Shown: positions 19,500 through 30,186, counted from the stretch's first letter. The stretch is DNA of 64,000 nt from an uncultured cyanobacterium (GCA_963765575.1 CAVXWZ010000001.1:352001-416000); one strand, 5' to 3'. Program-made: numbers and translations. The notes: generated by a model not told the origin, from the sequence alone.

Positions 19500-22040
19500 T
19501 CACACCAGCCCCTCCAGGCGGGTGGCGTCGTGGATCAGGCGCTGCAGGCGCTCCTGCAGCGACTCGTTGCTCATGCGGTTGTTGAGGCGTTCGGCCAGCA
19601 GCGGGAAAGCCAGCGGCCCCGGCCGGGGGGTGCGCTCCAGCAGCAATCGGCAGCCCAGCAGCCGCTCCAGGGCCGCCCGGATGCGGGGCAGCTCCAGCTG
19701 CTCCTGCAGCACCTCGCGGCGGGCCTGGGCCAGCAGCCGGTTGCTGGGTTCGTGGCGGCTGAACACGTCGTGCAGCAGCGCCGCACTGATCTGGATCTGG
19801 CCGCCGCTGCGGCCCTGGCCGGGGTAGCCGTTGCGCACCAGGCCGGCGATCTGGGCGATGGAGCGGAAGCGGCGGCGGCCCAGTTCCGAGAGGTTCACGG
19901 CCTGCTCCAGGTCGGCCTGCAGCTCCTCCACCTCCAGCAGCCCGTCGCCGTGCAGCTCCAGCAGCTCGGCAAACGGGTAGCCCCGCGGCGCCAGCAGCTC
20001 GAAGCCGTAGTCGTTCACCGACACCGTGAGCGTGCTGGGCCGGTGGCGCGCCAGGCGCCAGGCCCACAGGAAGCCCAGGCCCTCGTGCACGAAGCGGCCC
20101 TCGAAGGGGTAGGCGTAGAGGTGGCTGCCCTCGCGGCTGCGGCACACCTCCACCAGAAACTCGCCCTCGCGCGGCAGCCGTGAGAGCTCGCTCTGGCGGC
20201 GCAGCAGCGGCTCCAGGGCCCGCAGCTCGGGGGTGTCGAGCAGCGCTTCTCCCTCAGCCGCAGCCTCGCCCCCAGCCGCGGCAGTGCTGAGGGCCCTGGC
20301 GCAACGGTCGACCTCCGCCCGCAGCCCGGCGCTGAGCAGGTCGGAGAGGGCCATCTGGCCGCCGGCCCAGGCCGGCACGGCGGAGCTCTTCTTCGTGGTG
20401 GCCTTCACCTGGGCGGTCATCTCCCGCAGGCGCACGAACTGCAGCTGGCGGCCGGCGAAGAAGAACACATCGCCCGGCTTCAGCCGCGAGATGAAGGTCT
20501 CCTCCACATGGCCCAGCACGGCCCCGCGCACGAAGCGCACCGTGACCGAGCGACCGGCGGTGATGGTGCCGATGTGCAGCCGGTGCAGGCGGGCGACCGC
20601 CCGCTCGCGCACCACGTAGGTGAAGGGCTCGCCACCGCGGCCGGGGGCTGTGCGTTCGAGCTTGCGGTAGCGGGGGTAGGCGCCCAGGCAGTCGCCGCCG
20701 TCCTCGAGGAAGCGCAGACACCAGAGCCAGTCGCCGCGGCTGAGGCCCCGGAAACTCCAGGCCGTGCGCACCGTGGCCCACTCCCGCTCCGGCTCGAAGC
20801 CCGGCCCGCAGGCCAGGGTGGTGAGGTGCTGGAGCAGCACGTCGATCGGCGCCTCGGGGGGCCGGCGGTGCTCCACCAGGCCCGCGGCCAGGCCCCGCCG
20901 CATGGCGCTCACCTCCAGCAGTTCGAGGGCGTTGGTGGGCATGAACAGCACCTGGGAGGTGCCGCCGGGGGTGTGGGCGCTGCGGCCGGCGCGTTGCAGC
21001 AGCCGGGCCAGGTTTTTGGCCGAACCCACCTGCACCACCCGCTCCACCGGCTGGAAGTCGACCCCCAGGTCGAGGGAGCTGGTGCACACCACCCAGCGGA
21101 TGCCGCCGGCCTTCACCGCCGCCTCGATCGCCTCCCGCTCCCCCCGGTCGATGGCGCTGTGGTGCAGGGCCAGGGCGCCCTCCATCTCCGGGCAGGCGTA
21201 GCGGAGGCACTGGTGCCAGCGCTCGGCCTGGTTGCGGGTGTTGGTGAACAGCAGGGTGGAGACGGCGGGATCGAGGGCCGCCACCAGCTCCTCGTACATG
21301 CGCAGGCCCAGGTGACCGGCCCAGGGAAAGCCGTCGATCGCCTCGGGGAGCAGGCTGCGGATGCTGGTGGGGCGCTCGATGGCGGCGCTGATGATCAGGG
21401 GCTCGGGCTGGGCGGTGCCCAGGGCCGCCTGAGCCGCCTCCCGCAGGTTGCCGATGGTGGCGCTGATCGCCCAGCTGCGCAGGCCCGGCCGCAGCCCCCG
21501 CAGCCAGCTCAGGCAGAGCTCGCACTGGCTGCCGCGTTTGCTGCCCATCAGCTCGTGCCACTCGTCGAGCACCACCGCCTGCAGGCCGCCGAACAGCTCA
21601 CGGGCCTTCGGGCCCGCCAGCAGCAGCGACAGCGATTCGGGGGTGGTGATCAGGATCTGGGGTGGCTGGCGCAGCTGCCGGGCGCGTTCGCTGCTGGCCG
21701 TGTCGCCATTGCGGATGCCCACCCGCAGCGGCCAGCCCATCGCCTCGATCGGGGTGCGGATGGCCAGGGCCAGGTCGCGGCTCAGGGCCCGCAGGGGGGT
21801 GAGGTAGAGCAGGCGCAGCCCGGGGGTTGCCTGGTCGCCTGCGGCCGCCGCCTCGGCGAGCAGCTCGGCGATCGGACCCATTACTGCCGCGTAGGTCTTG
21901 CCGGAGCCGGTGGGCACCTGGATCAGGCCGCTCTCACCGCCCAGGTAGGCGTGCCAGCACTGACGCTGGAAGGGCAACGGTGACCAGCCCTGCCGCTCGA
22001 ACCAGGCCTCGATCGGCGCCAGGGCCGCGGCTGGATCCAT
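19500..22040 (-). CDS. Ligase-associated DEXH-box helicase (Lhr-core)
   Basis: PTGSGKT, TTPESL, DEWHELMGSKRG, SAT, TSSLDLGVDF, QRAGRSAH. Confidence 0.92.
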   Translation of the reverse strand: MDPAAALAPIEAWFERQGWSPLPFQRQCWHAYLGGESGLIQVPTGSGKTYAAVMGPIAELLAEAAAAGDQATPGLRLLYLTPLRALSRDLALAIRTPIEAMGWPLRVGIRNGDTASSERARQLRQPPQILITTPESLSLLLAGPKARELFGGLQAVVLDEWHELMGSKRGSQCELCLSWLRGLRPGLRSWAISATIGNLREAAQAALGTAQPEPLIISAAIERPTSIRSLLPEAIDGFPWAGHLGLRMYEELVAALDPAVSTLLFTNTRNQAERWHQCLRYACPEMEGALALHHSAIDRGEREAIEAAVKAGGIRWVVCTSSLDLGVDFQPVERVVQVGSAKNLARLLQRAGRSAHTPGGTSQVLFMPTNALELLEVSAMRRGLAAGLVEHRRPPEAPIDVLLQHLTTLACGPGFEPEREWATVRTAWSFRGLSRGDWLWCLRFLEDGGDCLGAYPRYRKLERTAPGRGGEPFTYVVRERAVARLHRLHIGTITAGRSVTVRFVRGAVLGHVEETFISRLKPGDVFFFAGRQLQFVRLREMTAQVKATTKKSSAVPAWAGGQMALSDLLSAGLRAEVDRCARALSTAAAGGEAAAEGEALLDTPELRALEPLLRRQSELSRLPREGEFLVEVCRSREGSHLYAYPFEGRFVHEGLGFLWAWRLARHRPSTLTVSVNDYGFELLAPRGYPFAELLELHGDGLLEVEELQADLEQAVNLSELGRRRFRSIAQIAGLVRNGYPGQGRSGGQIQISAALLHDVFSRHEPSNRLLAQARREVLQEQLELPRIRAALERLLGCRLLLERTPRPGPLAFPLLAERLNNRMSNESLQERLQRLIHDATRLEGLV

Positions 22041-22049
22041 GCCCAGCGA

Positions 22050-22469
22050 CTACATCCGCGACATGGCGGTGATCTTGGCCAGCTTGACGGGGTCGAGACC
22101 CTTGAGCTCCTCAATCGAGAGCAGCTTGTCGCGCACCAGGTTGGCGAACACGAACAGCAGGCCCGGCAGGCGGAAATCGAAGCGGCCCTCGATGGCGTGG
22201 CGCTGGATGCTCAGGAAGTCGTGCAGTATCCACACGCTGTCCATGTTCTCGAGGCTCTCGGCATGGGCCTGCACGGTCTGCACCAGGGCGCTGATGGTGC
22301 GCTGCTGGGCGGTGTCGAAGGCGCGCCGGGCGACGAGCTGCTCTGCCTCGCTCCAGCCGTCATCGGCCGCTGGCCGCGGCTGGCCGGGCTCCGGAGCGGC
22401 CTGGCTCGAGGCCGTCTGGAGGGGCGCTGCCGCTGCCGTGGCTGGCGATTGATCGGATGCCTGTCCCAC
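22050..22469 (-). CDS. frp: Fluorescence recovery protein
   Basis: WSEAE...WILHDFLSIQRHAIEGRFDFR...FVFA resembles FRP; downstream of ocp; start uncertain. Confidence 0.85.
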   Translation of the reverse strand: MGQASDQSPATAAAAPLQTASSQAAPEPGQPRPAADDGWSEAEQLVARRAFDTAQQRTISALVQTVQAHAESLENMDSVWILHDFLSIQRHAIEGRFDFRLPGLLFVFANLVRDKLLSIEELKGLDPVKLAKITAMSRM

Positions 22470-22518
22470 TAATGCCCTGTCATGAACTGCTGACTTTTTG
22501 AACCTACAGCGTTCGTTC

Positions 22519-23238
22519 TCAGGCCGCGAGCGCGCCATGGTGGCGCCGGTGGCAGGCGGGAAGCTCGTACCACGGCAGGGCCGGATGGCTGTGGTGCTCG
22601 CGGTGGTAGCCGAAGTGGAAGCAGGCCAGCAGCGAGAGCGGTTCGGGCCAGGCCAGGGTGATGGCCCCGTGGGGTGCCGCCGTGGCCCGGCCGCGGTGGG
22701 GCAGGTAGGTGCCGAACAGGAACAGCTGCAGGGAGCTGAGCGCCAGGGGCAGCACCCAGACGGTGAGCACGGCCTGGGCACCGTGGCCGTGCAGGGCGGA
22801 AGCCGCCAGGGCAGCACCGCCCCAGAGGGCCACCAGCAGCGTCAGGGAGGAGGGGCTGAGATAGCCGGCCAGGAAACGCAGATACCAGCGGATCGCCCCG
22901 GGCTGACGGGGGGCGTGGAAGTCGGGATCACGGTGGCTGCCGGGGGCGCGGTGGTGCAGCAGGTGGTTGCGGCGGCAGAGCCGGTAGGGCAGGCAGGCGT
23001 AGAGGCCCAGGGCGATGCGGCCGAGACCGTCGTTGAGGCCCTGATGCCCGGGCACCAGGGAGCGGTGCATGGCGTCATGGCCAACGATGAACAGGCCGGT
23101 CTGGAGCTGGGTGCGCACCAGCACCAACGCCAGCACGACCCCCGCCGGCAAGACCGGAGCGAGGGTCAGCAGCAGCACCAGGCTGAGGCACCAGCCGCCG
23201 ATCAGCCCCAGGGCCAGGGCGGTGCCTCGGGCGATCAC
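22519..23238 (-). CDS. crtW: Beta-carotene ketolase (desaturase-type His boxes)
   Basis: TGLFIVGHDAMH, HLLHH, FGTYLPH, GYHREHH; lies between ocp and frp. Confidence 0.85.
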   Translation of the reverse strand: MIARGTALALGLIGGWCLSLVLLLTLAPVLPAGVVLALVLVRTQLQTGLFIVGHDAMHRSLVPGHQGLNDGLGRIALGLYACLPYRLCRRNHLLHHRAPGSHRDPDFHAPRQPGAIRWYLRFLAGYLSPSSLTLLVALWGGAALAASALHGHGAQAVLTVWVLPLALSSLQLFLFGTYLPHRGRATAAPHGAITLAWPEPLSLLACFHFGYHREHHSHPALPWYELPACHRRHHGALAA

Positions 23239-24188
23239 TTGCCGAGCTTGAGCAGTTCGGCGGGGGAGGCGAGCAGGTCGATGGCCACGAAATAGATCTT
23301 GTTGTCGGGATCGAGCAGGAAGCGCCAGGCCACGTTCATGCCCACGCCGGCGCCGAACCAGGGGGTCTGGACCTTGCCGGTGACCTTGATCTGGTTGAAG
23401 CCACCATCGGCTGGCTCGCTGTAGCCCCGTTCGGGGATCAGGCGCAGGTTCTGGCACTCCTCGCGGAAGAAGCGCGCGATCGCATCGGCGCCCACGATCG
23501 GCCGCTGGAATGGCGGCTGCAGGGCGCCGTCGGCCAGGAACAGCTTGATCAGATTGTCGAAGTCATTGGCGTTGAGCTGCTCCATGTAGGCGATCACCGT
23601 GGGATTGAGCACCCCTTCGATGAACACCTTGGTGCGCTTGTTCTCGGCGGTGGGCACTTCCACCGGCTCCATCATCCGCTGGCCTTCGCCCTTGCCGGGA
23701 TCGAAGCCCATGTCCACCACGAAGTTGCGCAGCACGGTGATCTGCTGGCCGGACTCCAGGCCCCGCAGGCTGGCGAGCACGGAGGCGGCGTTGGCGGAAA
23801 GCGCGTAACCGTCGGGAATCGGGGCCACAGTGCCCTCATCCATCCACACGCCCAGCTGATACCAGAAGCCCAGCTTGATGTTCACCGACCAGTTGGCGTA
23901 GGTGCGGCCGATCTCGGTGTCGGCGCGGTTGGCCAGATCACACATCGCCTGGCTCTGATCGGTGAAGGACATCGCCTTCAAGGCCTTGAGCACGGGCTCG
24001 GCGAACTGCATGCGGGCAGCGCCGGGGGCAGCGATGGTGATCGTCTTGCCCATCTCGAGGTAGGCGTACCAGATCAGGGCCAGCTGATCTTCGGCGCTCA
24101 GCAGCCTGTAGCGGGCGGTGAGGGCGGGAACGGCCTCGGCTGAGAGCGTTTCAGGAAAAATCTTGGTGGCCTTGTCCAGCGTGAACAT
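23235..24188 (-). CDS. ocp: Orange carotenoid protein
   Basis: EDQLALIWYAYLEMGKTITIAAPGAA, KLGFWYQL, LQPPFQRPIVG, VQTPWFG. Confidence 0.96.
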   Translation of the reverse strand: MFTLDKATKIFPETLSAEAVPALTARYRLLSAEDQLALIWYAYLEMGKTITIAAPGAARMQFAEPVLKALKAMSFTDQSQAMCDLANRADTEIGRTYANWSVNIKLGFWYQLGVWMDEGTVAPIPDGYALSANAASVLASLRGLESGQQITVLRNFVVDMGFDPGKGEGQRMMEPVEVPTAENKRTKVFIEGVLNPTVIAYMEQLNANDFDNLIKLFLADGALQPPFQRPIVGADAIARFFREECQNLRLIPERGYSEPADGGFNQIKVTGKVQTPWFGAGVGMNVAWRFLLDPDNKIYFVAIDLLASPAELLKLGK

Positions 24189-24275
24189 GGGGAAGGGCTC
24201 CGGCGATCAAAGGTCCAGTCCAAAACCTAGGCGGTGTCTGCCCCCCTCGCCTGGTGTGGGGACCCGCCATGGCCT

Positions 24276-25937
24276 TCAGCCCGGCGGCAGCAACGCCAGG
24301 GCGCTGGCGAGGCTGTCGGCTTCGGCGGCGAGCTTGTCGCGGCGCCAGCGGGCGATGCGGGGGAAGCGCACGGCGATGCCGCTGCGGTGGCGGCGGGAGC
24401 GCTGCAGCCCCTCGAAGGCCAGTTCGAACACCTGCAGGGGCTGCACGGCCCGCACCGGCCCGAAGCGCTCAGTGGTGTGGCTGCGGATCCAGCGGTCGAG
24501 CTCGGCGATCTCGCCGTCATCGAGGCCGGAATAGGCCTTGGCGAAGCTCACCAGCCGGCCGTCGCCATCCCAGAGGCCGAAGGTGTAGTCGGTGAAGAGG
24601 TTGGCGCGGCGGCCGCTGCCGGCCTGGGCGTAGAGCAGCACGGCATCGAGCCGCAGGGGGTCGAGCTTGTGCTTCCACCAGGGGCCCCGCCGCCGGCCGG
24701 CCAGGTAGGGCGAGTCGGCGGCCTTGAGCATCAGCCCTTCGGCGCCCGCTGCCCGGGCCTGCTGGCGCCGGCCCTCCAGCTGCTCCCAGCCCTCCAGGGC
24801 CAGCCGGGGGGAGAGGCGCAGGGGGCCGTCGGGCGGCTCCGCCGCCGGCTGGTGGGCCGCGATCAGGGCGTCGAGGGCGGCCCGGCGCCGGCTCAGGGGC
24901 CAGCCACGCCGGTCTTCGCCGTGCTGCTCCAGCAGGTCGTAGGCCAGCAGCACCGCCGGACACTCGCCCAGCAGCCGGCGGCCGGGCGCCTTGCGGCCCA
25001 GCCGCCGCTGCAGCTGGGCGAAGGGGGCCGGCCTGGCGGCCCCCGCCGGCCACACGATCACCTCGCCATCGAGCACGGTGCCATCGGCCAGCTCGTCCGC
25101 CGCGGCGATCAGCTCCGGGAAGGCGTCGTTGATCAGCTCCTCGCCGCGGCTCCAGAGAAAACTGGTGCCGCTGCGGCGGATCAGCTGGCCGCGGATGCCG
25201 TCCCACTTCCACTCGCACAGCCAGGCCGTGGCGGGGCCGTCCAGGGGCGGAGCACCATCCTGGGCCGGCGGCAGCGGCGAGGCCAGGAAGAAGGGATAGG
25301 GGCGGCTGGGGGCGGCTTCCTGGGCTCCGGCCGGGGCGACCAGCTGCTCGTAGGCCTGGGCTGAGGGGCTGAACCCACCCATCAGCCGATGGGCCAGCAG
25401 GGGCTCCTCGAGGTTGCTGAGGCGGGCCAGGGCGCGGATCACCAGCCCGCGGGCCACCCCCACCCGCAGGCCGCCGGTGAGCAGCTTGTTCACCACCAGC
25501 AGCTCGCCCGCGTCCAGTGCGCTCCAGAGCTGGCGCACCGCCGGGCCCTGCTGGTCGCCATCGAGGCCGGCGGCGCCGGGCAGCAGCACCTCCATCCAGT
25601 GCTGCAGCGATTGCTGGCTTTCGCTGCGGGGCTCCACGGTCGGGGGAGCTGCCGGCTGCAGCTGGCGCCAGAGCAGGGCGATGGTCTCGGCCGAATCGCC
25701 CACCTGGGCGTAGCAGTCGTCGAACAACCACTCGGGCAGCGTCGAACCCTCCAGGCAGATGCGACGCAGCCGCAGGCCGGTGATCAGGCGCTGGCGCTGT
25801 TTGCCCAGCAGCACCTGCAGGGCCCAGGCGGCATCGGCGGGGTCGGCGCCGGCGAAGTAGCGCACCAGGGCCTCCACCTTGGCGTTGGTGCCGGTGACGC
25901 CATCGAGTTCGGCATAGAGCGCGGCAAACCTGCGCAT
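24276..25937 (-). CDS. ATP-dependent DNA ligase
   Basis: EWKWDGIRGQ (KxDG motif), LDGE, EGLMLK, RFPRI. Confidence 0.93.
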   Translation of the reverse strand: MRRFAALYAELDGVTGTNAKVEALVRYFAGADPADAAWALQVLLGKQRQRLITGLRLRRICLEGSTLPEWLFDDCYAQVGDSAETIALLWRQLQPAAPPTVEPRSESQQSLQHWMEVLLPGAAGLDGDQQGPAVRQLWSALDAGELLVVNKLLTGGLRVGVARGLVIRALARLSNLEEPLLAHRLMGGFSPSAQAYEQLVAPAGAQEAAPSRPYPFFLASPLPPAQDGAPPLDGPATAWLCEWKWDGIRGQLIRRSGTSFLWSRGEELINDAFPELIAAADELADGTVLDGEVIVWPAGAARPAPFAQLQRRLGRKAPGRRLLGECPAVLLAYDLLEQHGEDRRGWPLSRRRAALDALIAAHQPAAEPPDGPLRLSPRLALEGWEQLEGRRQQARAAGAEGLMLKAADSPYLAGRRRGPWWKHKLDPLRLDAVLLYAQAGSGRRANLFTDYTFGLWDGDGRLVSFAKAYSGLDDGEIAELDRWIRSHTTERFGPVRAVQPLQVFELAFEGLQRSRRHRSGIAVRFPRIARWRRDKLAAEADSLASALALLPPG

Positions 25938-26095
25938 GGCCCGCTCCGGCAGGGCCGCGACGCTAGGGCGTGGGCCGGCGCGCTTCGCGGTGGGTCGATA
26001 GGCTGGGCCAATTGCAGGCACGAAACTGATCCAGCCACTGGGTTGAATCTGGTCAACCGACTGATTTTGATTCAGCTGATTAACCCAGTTAAAAG

Positions 26096-27212
26096 ATGAG
26101 TTCTGATCAGGAATTGGAGCTGGTCACCCGGTTGATTCCAGCCTCCAGGGCACCGATTGAGACGACCGCCGGGCCCAGGCCTGGGCTGCGGGCGGCGGCG
26201 TCTGCGGTGTTGCTGGCGGTCTGCGCCAGCAGCCCGGCCCTGGCGTCGCCGGCAGGGCCGCCACCATCGCCGCCGCTGGTCGACACGATCCGCTGTGAAC
26301 ACAACCCGCTGATCGCGCCCGATCTCAGCCCCACGATCGGCACCAACATCAATGGCCCGTCGGTGATTCGCACCCCCGACTGGTTGCCCAACCGCCTCGG
26401 CCGCTACTACCTCTACTTCGCCCATCACCGCGGCGATTTCATCCGCCTGGCCTACGCCGATGAGCTGTGCGCTGCCTGGACGATCCATGAACCCGGCAGC
26501 CTGCGGGTTGAGCAGGCCGAGGGGTTTGTGCGCCACATCGCCTCACCCGATGTGCACGTGGACCACGCCAACCGGCAGATCCGCATGTACTTCCACGGCC
26601 CCAGGGCCAGCGGTGGCGGCCAGCACAGCGGTGTGGCCGTCTCCAGCGATGGGATCCACTTCTCGGTGCTTGGCCCCGTGCTCGACGATCCCTACCTGCG
26701 GGTGGTGGCCTGGCGGGACGCCTGGCTGGCCATCGCCAAGCGGGGCACGTTGGGGGGCGTGATCCACCGGCGCAGCGAACCCGGGCGAGCCCTTTGTCGA
26801 AGGCGCCGTGGTGATTCCCCGCATGCGGCACGCCGCCGTGCTGCCCTGGCGGGACGATCTGCTGGTGTTCTTCAGCCGCATCGGCGACGCGCCGGAGCGC
26901 ATCCTGCTGACGCGGCTGAGTTTCAGCGAGGGCTGGCAGCGGCCGCAGCTGTCCGAGCTGCGGGAGGTGCTGACGCCCCTGGGTGCCAGCGAAGGCGCCG
27001 AGCTGCCGCTGGCCCGCTCCCGCTCCGGTGCCACAGGCCCGGCGCGGCAGCTGCGTGATCCGGCGATCTTCAGCGACGGGGGACTCACGTACCTCTTCTA
27101 TGCCATGGCCGGCGAAGCGGGAATCGGCATGGCTGAACTGCGGCTGCGGCCCCTGGAGCCGCAGGCCGCAGGCCTGGTCACGGGTGCTGCAGCAGGGCCG
27201 CCTCCACCGTGA
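26096..27212 (+). CDS. Secreted beta-propeller glycosidase-like protein, frameshift near 26780
   Basis: NINGPSVIR.PDW...YYLYFAHHRG, HIASPDV, then RHAAV...DAPERI...QLRDPAIF in the second frame. Confidence 0.6.
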
Positions 27213-28269
27213 GGCCGGGGCCGAAGGCCAGGGCCAGCCAGGGTCCGCTGATGCCCCGGCGGCGTAGCCGCTCAAGGATGAACAGGATCGTTGCCGACGA
27301 CATGTTGCCGTGCTCGTGCAGCACGCCCTGCGACTCGGCGATCTGCTCCGGCGCCAGGCCGAGCGCATCGGCGCTGGCCTGAAGGATGCGCGGGCCGCCG
27401 GGGTGCAGGGCCCAGGCGGCGATGGCGCCCAGCTCCAGGTTGCGCTCCCGCAGCCAGTCCTCCAGCCAGGGGCGCAGCTGGGCGGCGACCGCCGCCGGCA
27501 CCTTGGGCGAGAGGCCCATGGCGAAGCCGTGGTCGCCGATCCGCCACGACATCAGCTCGGCGGTGCCCGGAATCACGGTGGAGCCGGAGGCCAGCACCCG
27601 CAGCGCCGGCCGCTGCTCCGGCCGCAGCAGCGGTGGCCACCAGGGCGGCGGCACCGTCGGCGAAGAGGGCATTGGCCACCACCTTCTCGGGGTCCCAGCC
27701 GTAGTGCAGGTGCAGGCTGCAGAGCTCCACCGAGCAGAGCAGCACACAGGCGCTGGGGTCGGCTTCCACGAAGGCCCGCGCCACCCGCAGCCCGTTGAGC
27801 GACGCCGTGGCAGCCCATGAAACCCACCTGGGTGCGCTCCACCCCGGGCGGCAGGGGCAGCTGCTGGACCAGGTGGAGGTCGAAGCCCGGTGCCTCGAAA
27901 CCGGTGCAGCTCACCGTCACCAGGTGGGTGATGCGCTCCGGCGGCAGCTCGGCATCGGCCAGGGCCCGGCGCGCCGCCGCCAGGGCCAGGGGTCCGGCAT
28001 GGCGGGCTGAAACGCTGCATGCGCTCGGCGGTGGAGGGATTGTGCTCGCCGTAAAAGGGCAGGCGGGCCGCGATCGGCTGCTCCGGCTCACCGCTCTCCA
28101 GCAGCACGCTGTGGCGGGTGTGCACCTTGGTGCGCCGCTGGATGCGCTCCAGCAGGGCGAAGCGCTCGGGGCTGTCGGCGATCAAGAGCCGGGCCAGGGC
28201 CACGGCGTCGTTTTGATTGGCCCTGTAGTCGGGCACGGCGGTGCCGATGCCACGGATGGTCAGCGGCAT
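27178..28269 (-). CDS. Type III polyketide synthase, about three frameshifts
   Basis: GIGTAVP, THLVTVSCTGF, GFMGC (catalytic Cys), ELCSLH, ALFADGAAA, HPGGPRIL, GNMSSAT, AFGPGL spread across frames. Confidence 0.88.
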   Translation of the reverse strand: MPLTIRGIGTAVPDYRANQNDAVALARLLIADSPERFALLERIQRRTKVHTRHSVLLESGEPEQPIAARLPFYGEHNPSTAERMQRFSPPCRTPGPGGGAPGPGRCRAAAGAHHPPGDGELHRFRGTGLRPPPGPAAAPAARGGAHPGGFHGLPRRRSTGCGWRGPSWKPTPAPVCCSARWSSAACTCTTAGTPRRWWPMPSSPTVPPPWWPPLLRPEQRPALRVLASGSTVIPGTAELMSWRIGDHGFAMGLSPKVPAAVAAQLRPWLEDWLRERNLELGAIAAWALHPGGPRILQASADALGLAPEQIAESQGVLHEHGNMSSATILFILERLRRRGISGPWLALAFGPGLTVEAALLQHP

Positions 28270-29450
28270 GGCAGGGCCTCGGCGCTGGCGGCGGGCGGCT
28301 GGTTGAGCTGGCGGATCAGCCGCCGGGGCAGGGGCGGCCAGCGGCTGGCCAGCTGGAACAGGGCGTTGGCGGCGGGGGGGCGGCGCAGCACGGCGGCGAC
28401 GCCGCGGCAGAGCCGCTGGCGGCGGCCGATGCGGCGCCGGTGGAGGCGCGTCCACTGGCGCTCCAGGGCTGGATCCCAGCGCTGCACGCCCTGCAGCACC
28501 AGCGGGGTGGCGGCGGCGGCGGCACTGAGGGCCCAGCCCATCCCCTCGCCGGTGAAGGGCTCCACGTAGCCGGCCGCATCGCCGAGCACCAGGAAGCGCT
28601 CCCCCGCCAGGGCCGTGGCCCTGCGGCTGAGGGCCGGCGTGCACTGCCAGGCGCCGGCGGCCAGGTTGTCGGGGCTGGCAAATCCGGCCTGCTCCAGCAC
28701 CACCGCGGCGGCGGCGGCAGGCCCGCCGGCGGCCGCCAGCAGGTCGCGATCGAAGGCGGCGGCCAGATCCAGGCGGCCGTCCTCCAGCCGCACCAGGCCC
28801 ACGTAGCCCTGGCGGCCCACGGCCATGTGGATGCAGCCCGCTGGGTAGCCGCAGCTGCTGGCGGGAAGCACGCAGCCCGCCCCCAGGCGTGAGCGCGGCT
28901 GGATGCGCACATCGGCGCCGGGCACAGCCTCAAGGCAGCGGTGGGCCAGCCCCGCCGCCACCAGCACCACGGCGGCGCCCACCGTCTGGGGCTGCTGTCC
29001 GTTGCTCTTGAGCTGCACGCTGCGCCCGTGGGCCTGCACCGGCCCCAGCCGGGCGGTGGTGCCGCTGCGCACGTGGGCACCGGCGGCGATCGCGGCCTCC
29101 AGCAGGGCCTGATCGAAGCGTTCCCGCGACAGGGCCCGACCCTCGCTGAGCGGGAAGCTGGCCTGGCGGCCGCCCAGCCCCACCTGGATGCGATCCAGCG
29201 GCACCCCGCCCTGGCCCTCAATCAGACCGTCCAGATCCATGGCGGCGAGCACCGCCCGGGCCTGGCCGTTGAGACAGCAGCCGCACACCTTCCAACGCGG
29301 CAGGCGGCGCTTCTCCACCAACAGCACCTGCAGGCCGCGGCGGGCCAGGTCGAAGGCCGCCAAGGCTCCGGCCGGACCGGCACCCACCACCACGACGTCC
29401 CAGTCCTGAGCTGGCCAGTGTTGATCAGGGTCGCCGCTGCTGGACCCCAT
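28260..29450 (-). CDS. FAD-dependent oxidoreductase (geranylgeranyl reductase-like)
   Basis: VVGAGPAG, KVCGCCL, GDAAGYVEPFTGEGM. Confidence 0.88.
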   Translation of the reverse strand: MGSSSGDPDQHWPAQDWDVVVVGAGPAGALAAFDLARRGLQVLLVEKRRLPRWKVCGCCLNGQARAVLAAMDLDGLIEGQGGVPLDRIQVGLGGRQASFPLSEGRALSRERFDQALLEAAIAAGAHVRSGTTARLGPVQAHGRSVQLKSNGQQPQTVGAAVVLVAAGLAHRCLEAVPGADVRIQPRSRLGAGCVLPASSCGYPAGCIHMAVGRQGYVGLVRLEDGRLDLAAAFDRDLLAAAGGPAAAAAVVLEQAGFASPDNLAAGAWQCTPALSRRATALAGERFLVLGDAAGYVEPFTGEGMGWALSAAAAATPLVLQGVQRWDPALERQWTRLHRRRIGRRQRLCRGVAAVLRRPPAANALFQLASRWPPLPRRLIRQLNQPPAASAEALPCR

Positions 29451-29451
29451 C

Positions 29452-30186
29452 TCAATCCCGGCTCCAGCGCAGAAGGTAACGCTCGGGCCAGCAGCGGCGC
29501 AGCTCGGCGCCCGCCAGCCCGGCCCGCTCGGCCATGGCGGCCACCTCGGCCAGCTGGAATGCCCCCCGCACCGACAGCGGTCCATCGATGTGGACCACCG
29601 GCGATCGGCTCAGCAGCCGCGTGCCGCTCCAGGCCAGGGCGAAGCCCAGGGGACTGCGGATGAGGTCGTTGACCAGCACCAGCCGGCGAGCGCGCTGGGC
29701 CATCAGCGCCAGCAGGCGCTCGGCGTCGGCGTTGTCGAGGTGGTGCAGAAACAGGGAGGTGAGCACCACGTCATAGCCCTCGGGGCTGGCGGCCCCGGGG
29801 CCCAGGGGCCAGGACTCGGCGAGGGCATCGGCGGCGAAGAAGCGCACCGGGGCGCCGCGGCGGCGGGCGTTGGCGGCGGCGATCGACACCGCCTCGGGGT
29901 TGAGGTCGCAGCCCTCGAGGATCAGGGGGATGGCGCTGCGCTGGGCCATCAGGGCCAGATCGATGGCGGTGTCGCCGCCGCCGCAGGCCAGGTCGAGCAC
30001 CCGCAATGGTTGGCCGGGCTGGCTGGCGGCCAGCTCCCGGATCGGCGCCATCAGGCTGGCCGAGCAGCGGCTGATGGCATTGATGCGCCGCAGGCCCGCC
30101 AGGGCCCGTTCGTGCTCAGCGGGATCCAGCCCCGGCTGATCCATCAGTTCCGGCAGGCGCTGCCGCGTCGCCAGCGGGATCGGCAT
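29452..30186 (-). CDS. SAM-dependent methyltransferase
   Basis: ELMDQP, VLDLACGGGD, SLFLHHL, DGPLSV. Confidence 0.88.
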   Translation of the reverse strand: MPIPLATRQRLPELMDQPGLDPAEHERALAGLRRINAISRCSASLMAPIRELAASQPGQPLRVLDLACGGGDTAIDLALMAQRSAIPLILEGCDLNPEAVSIAAANARRRGAPVRFFAADALAESWPLGPGAASPEGYDVVLTSLFLHHLDNADAERLLALMAQRARRLVLVNDLIRSPLGFALAWSGTRLLSRSPVVHIDGPLSVRGAFQLAEVAAMAERAGLAGAELRRCWPERYLLRWSRD

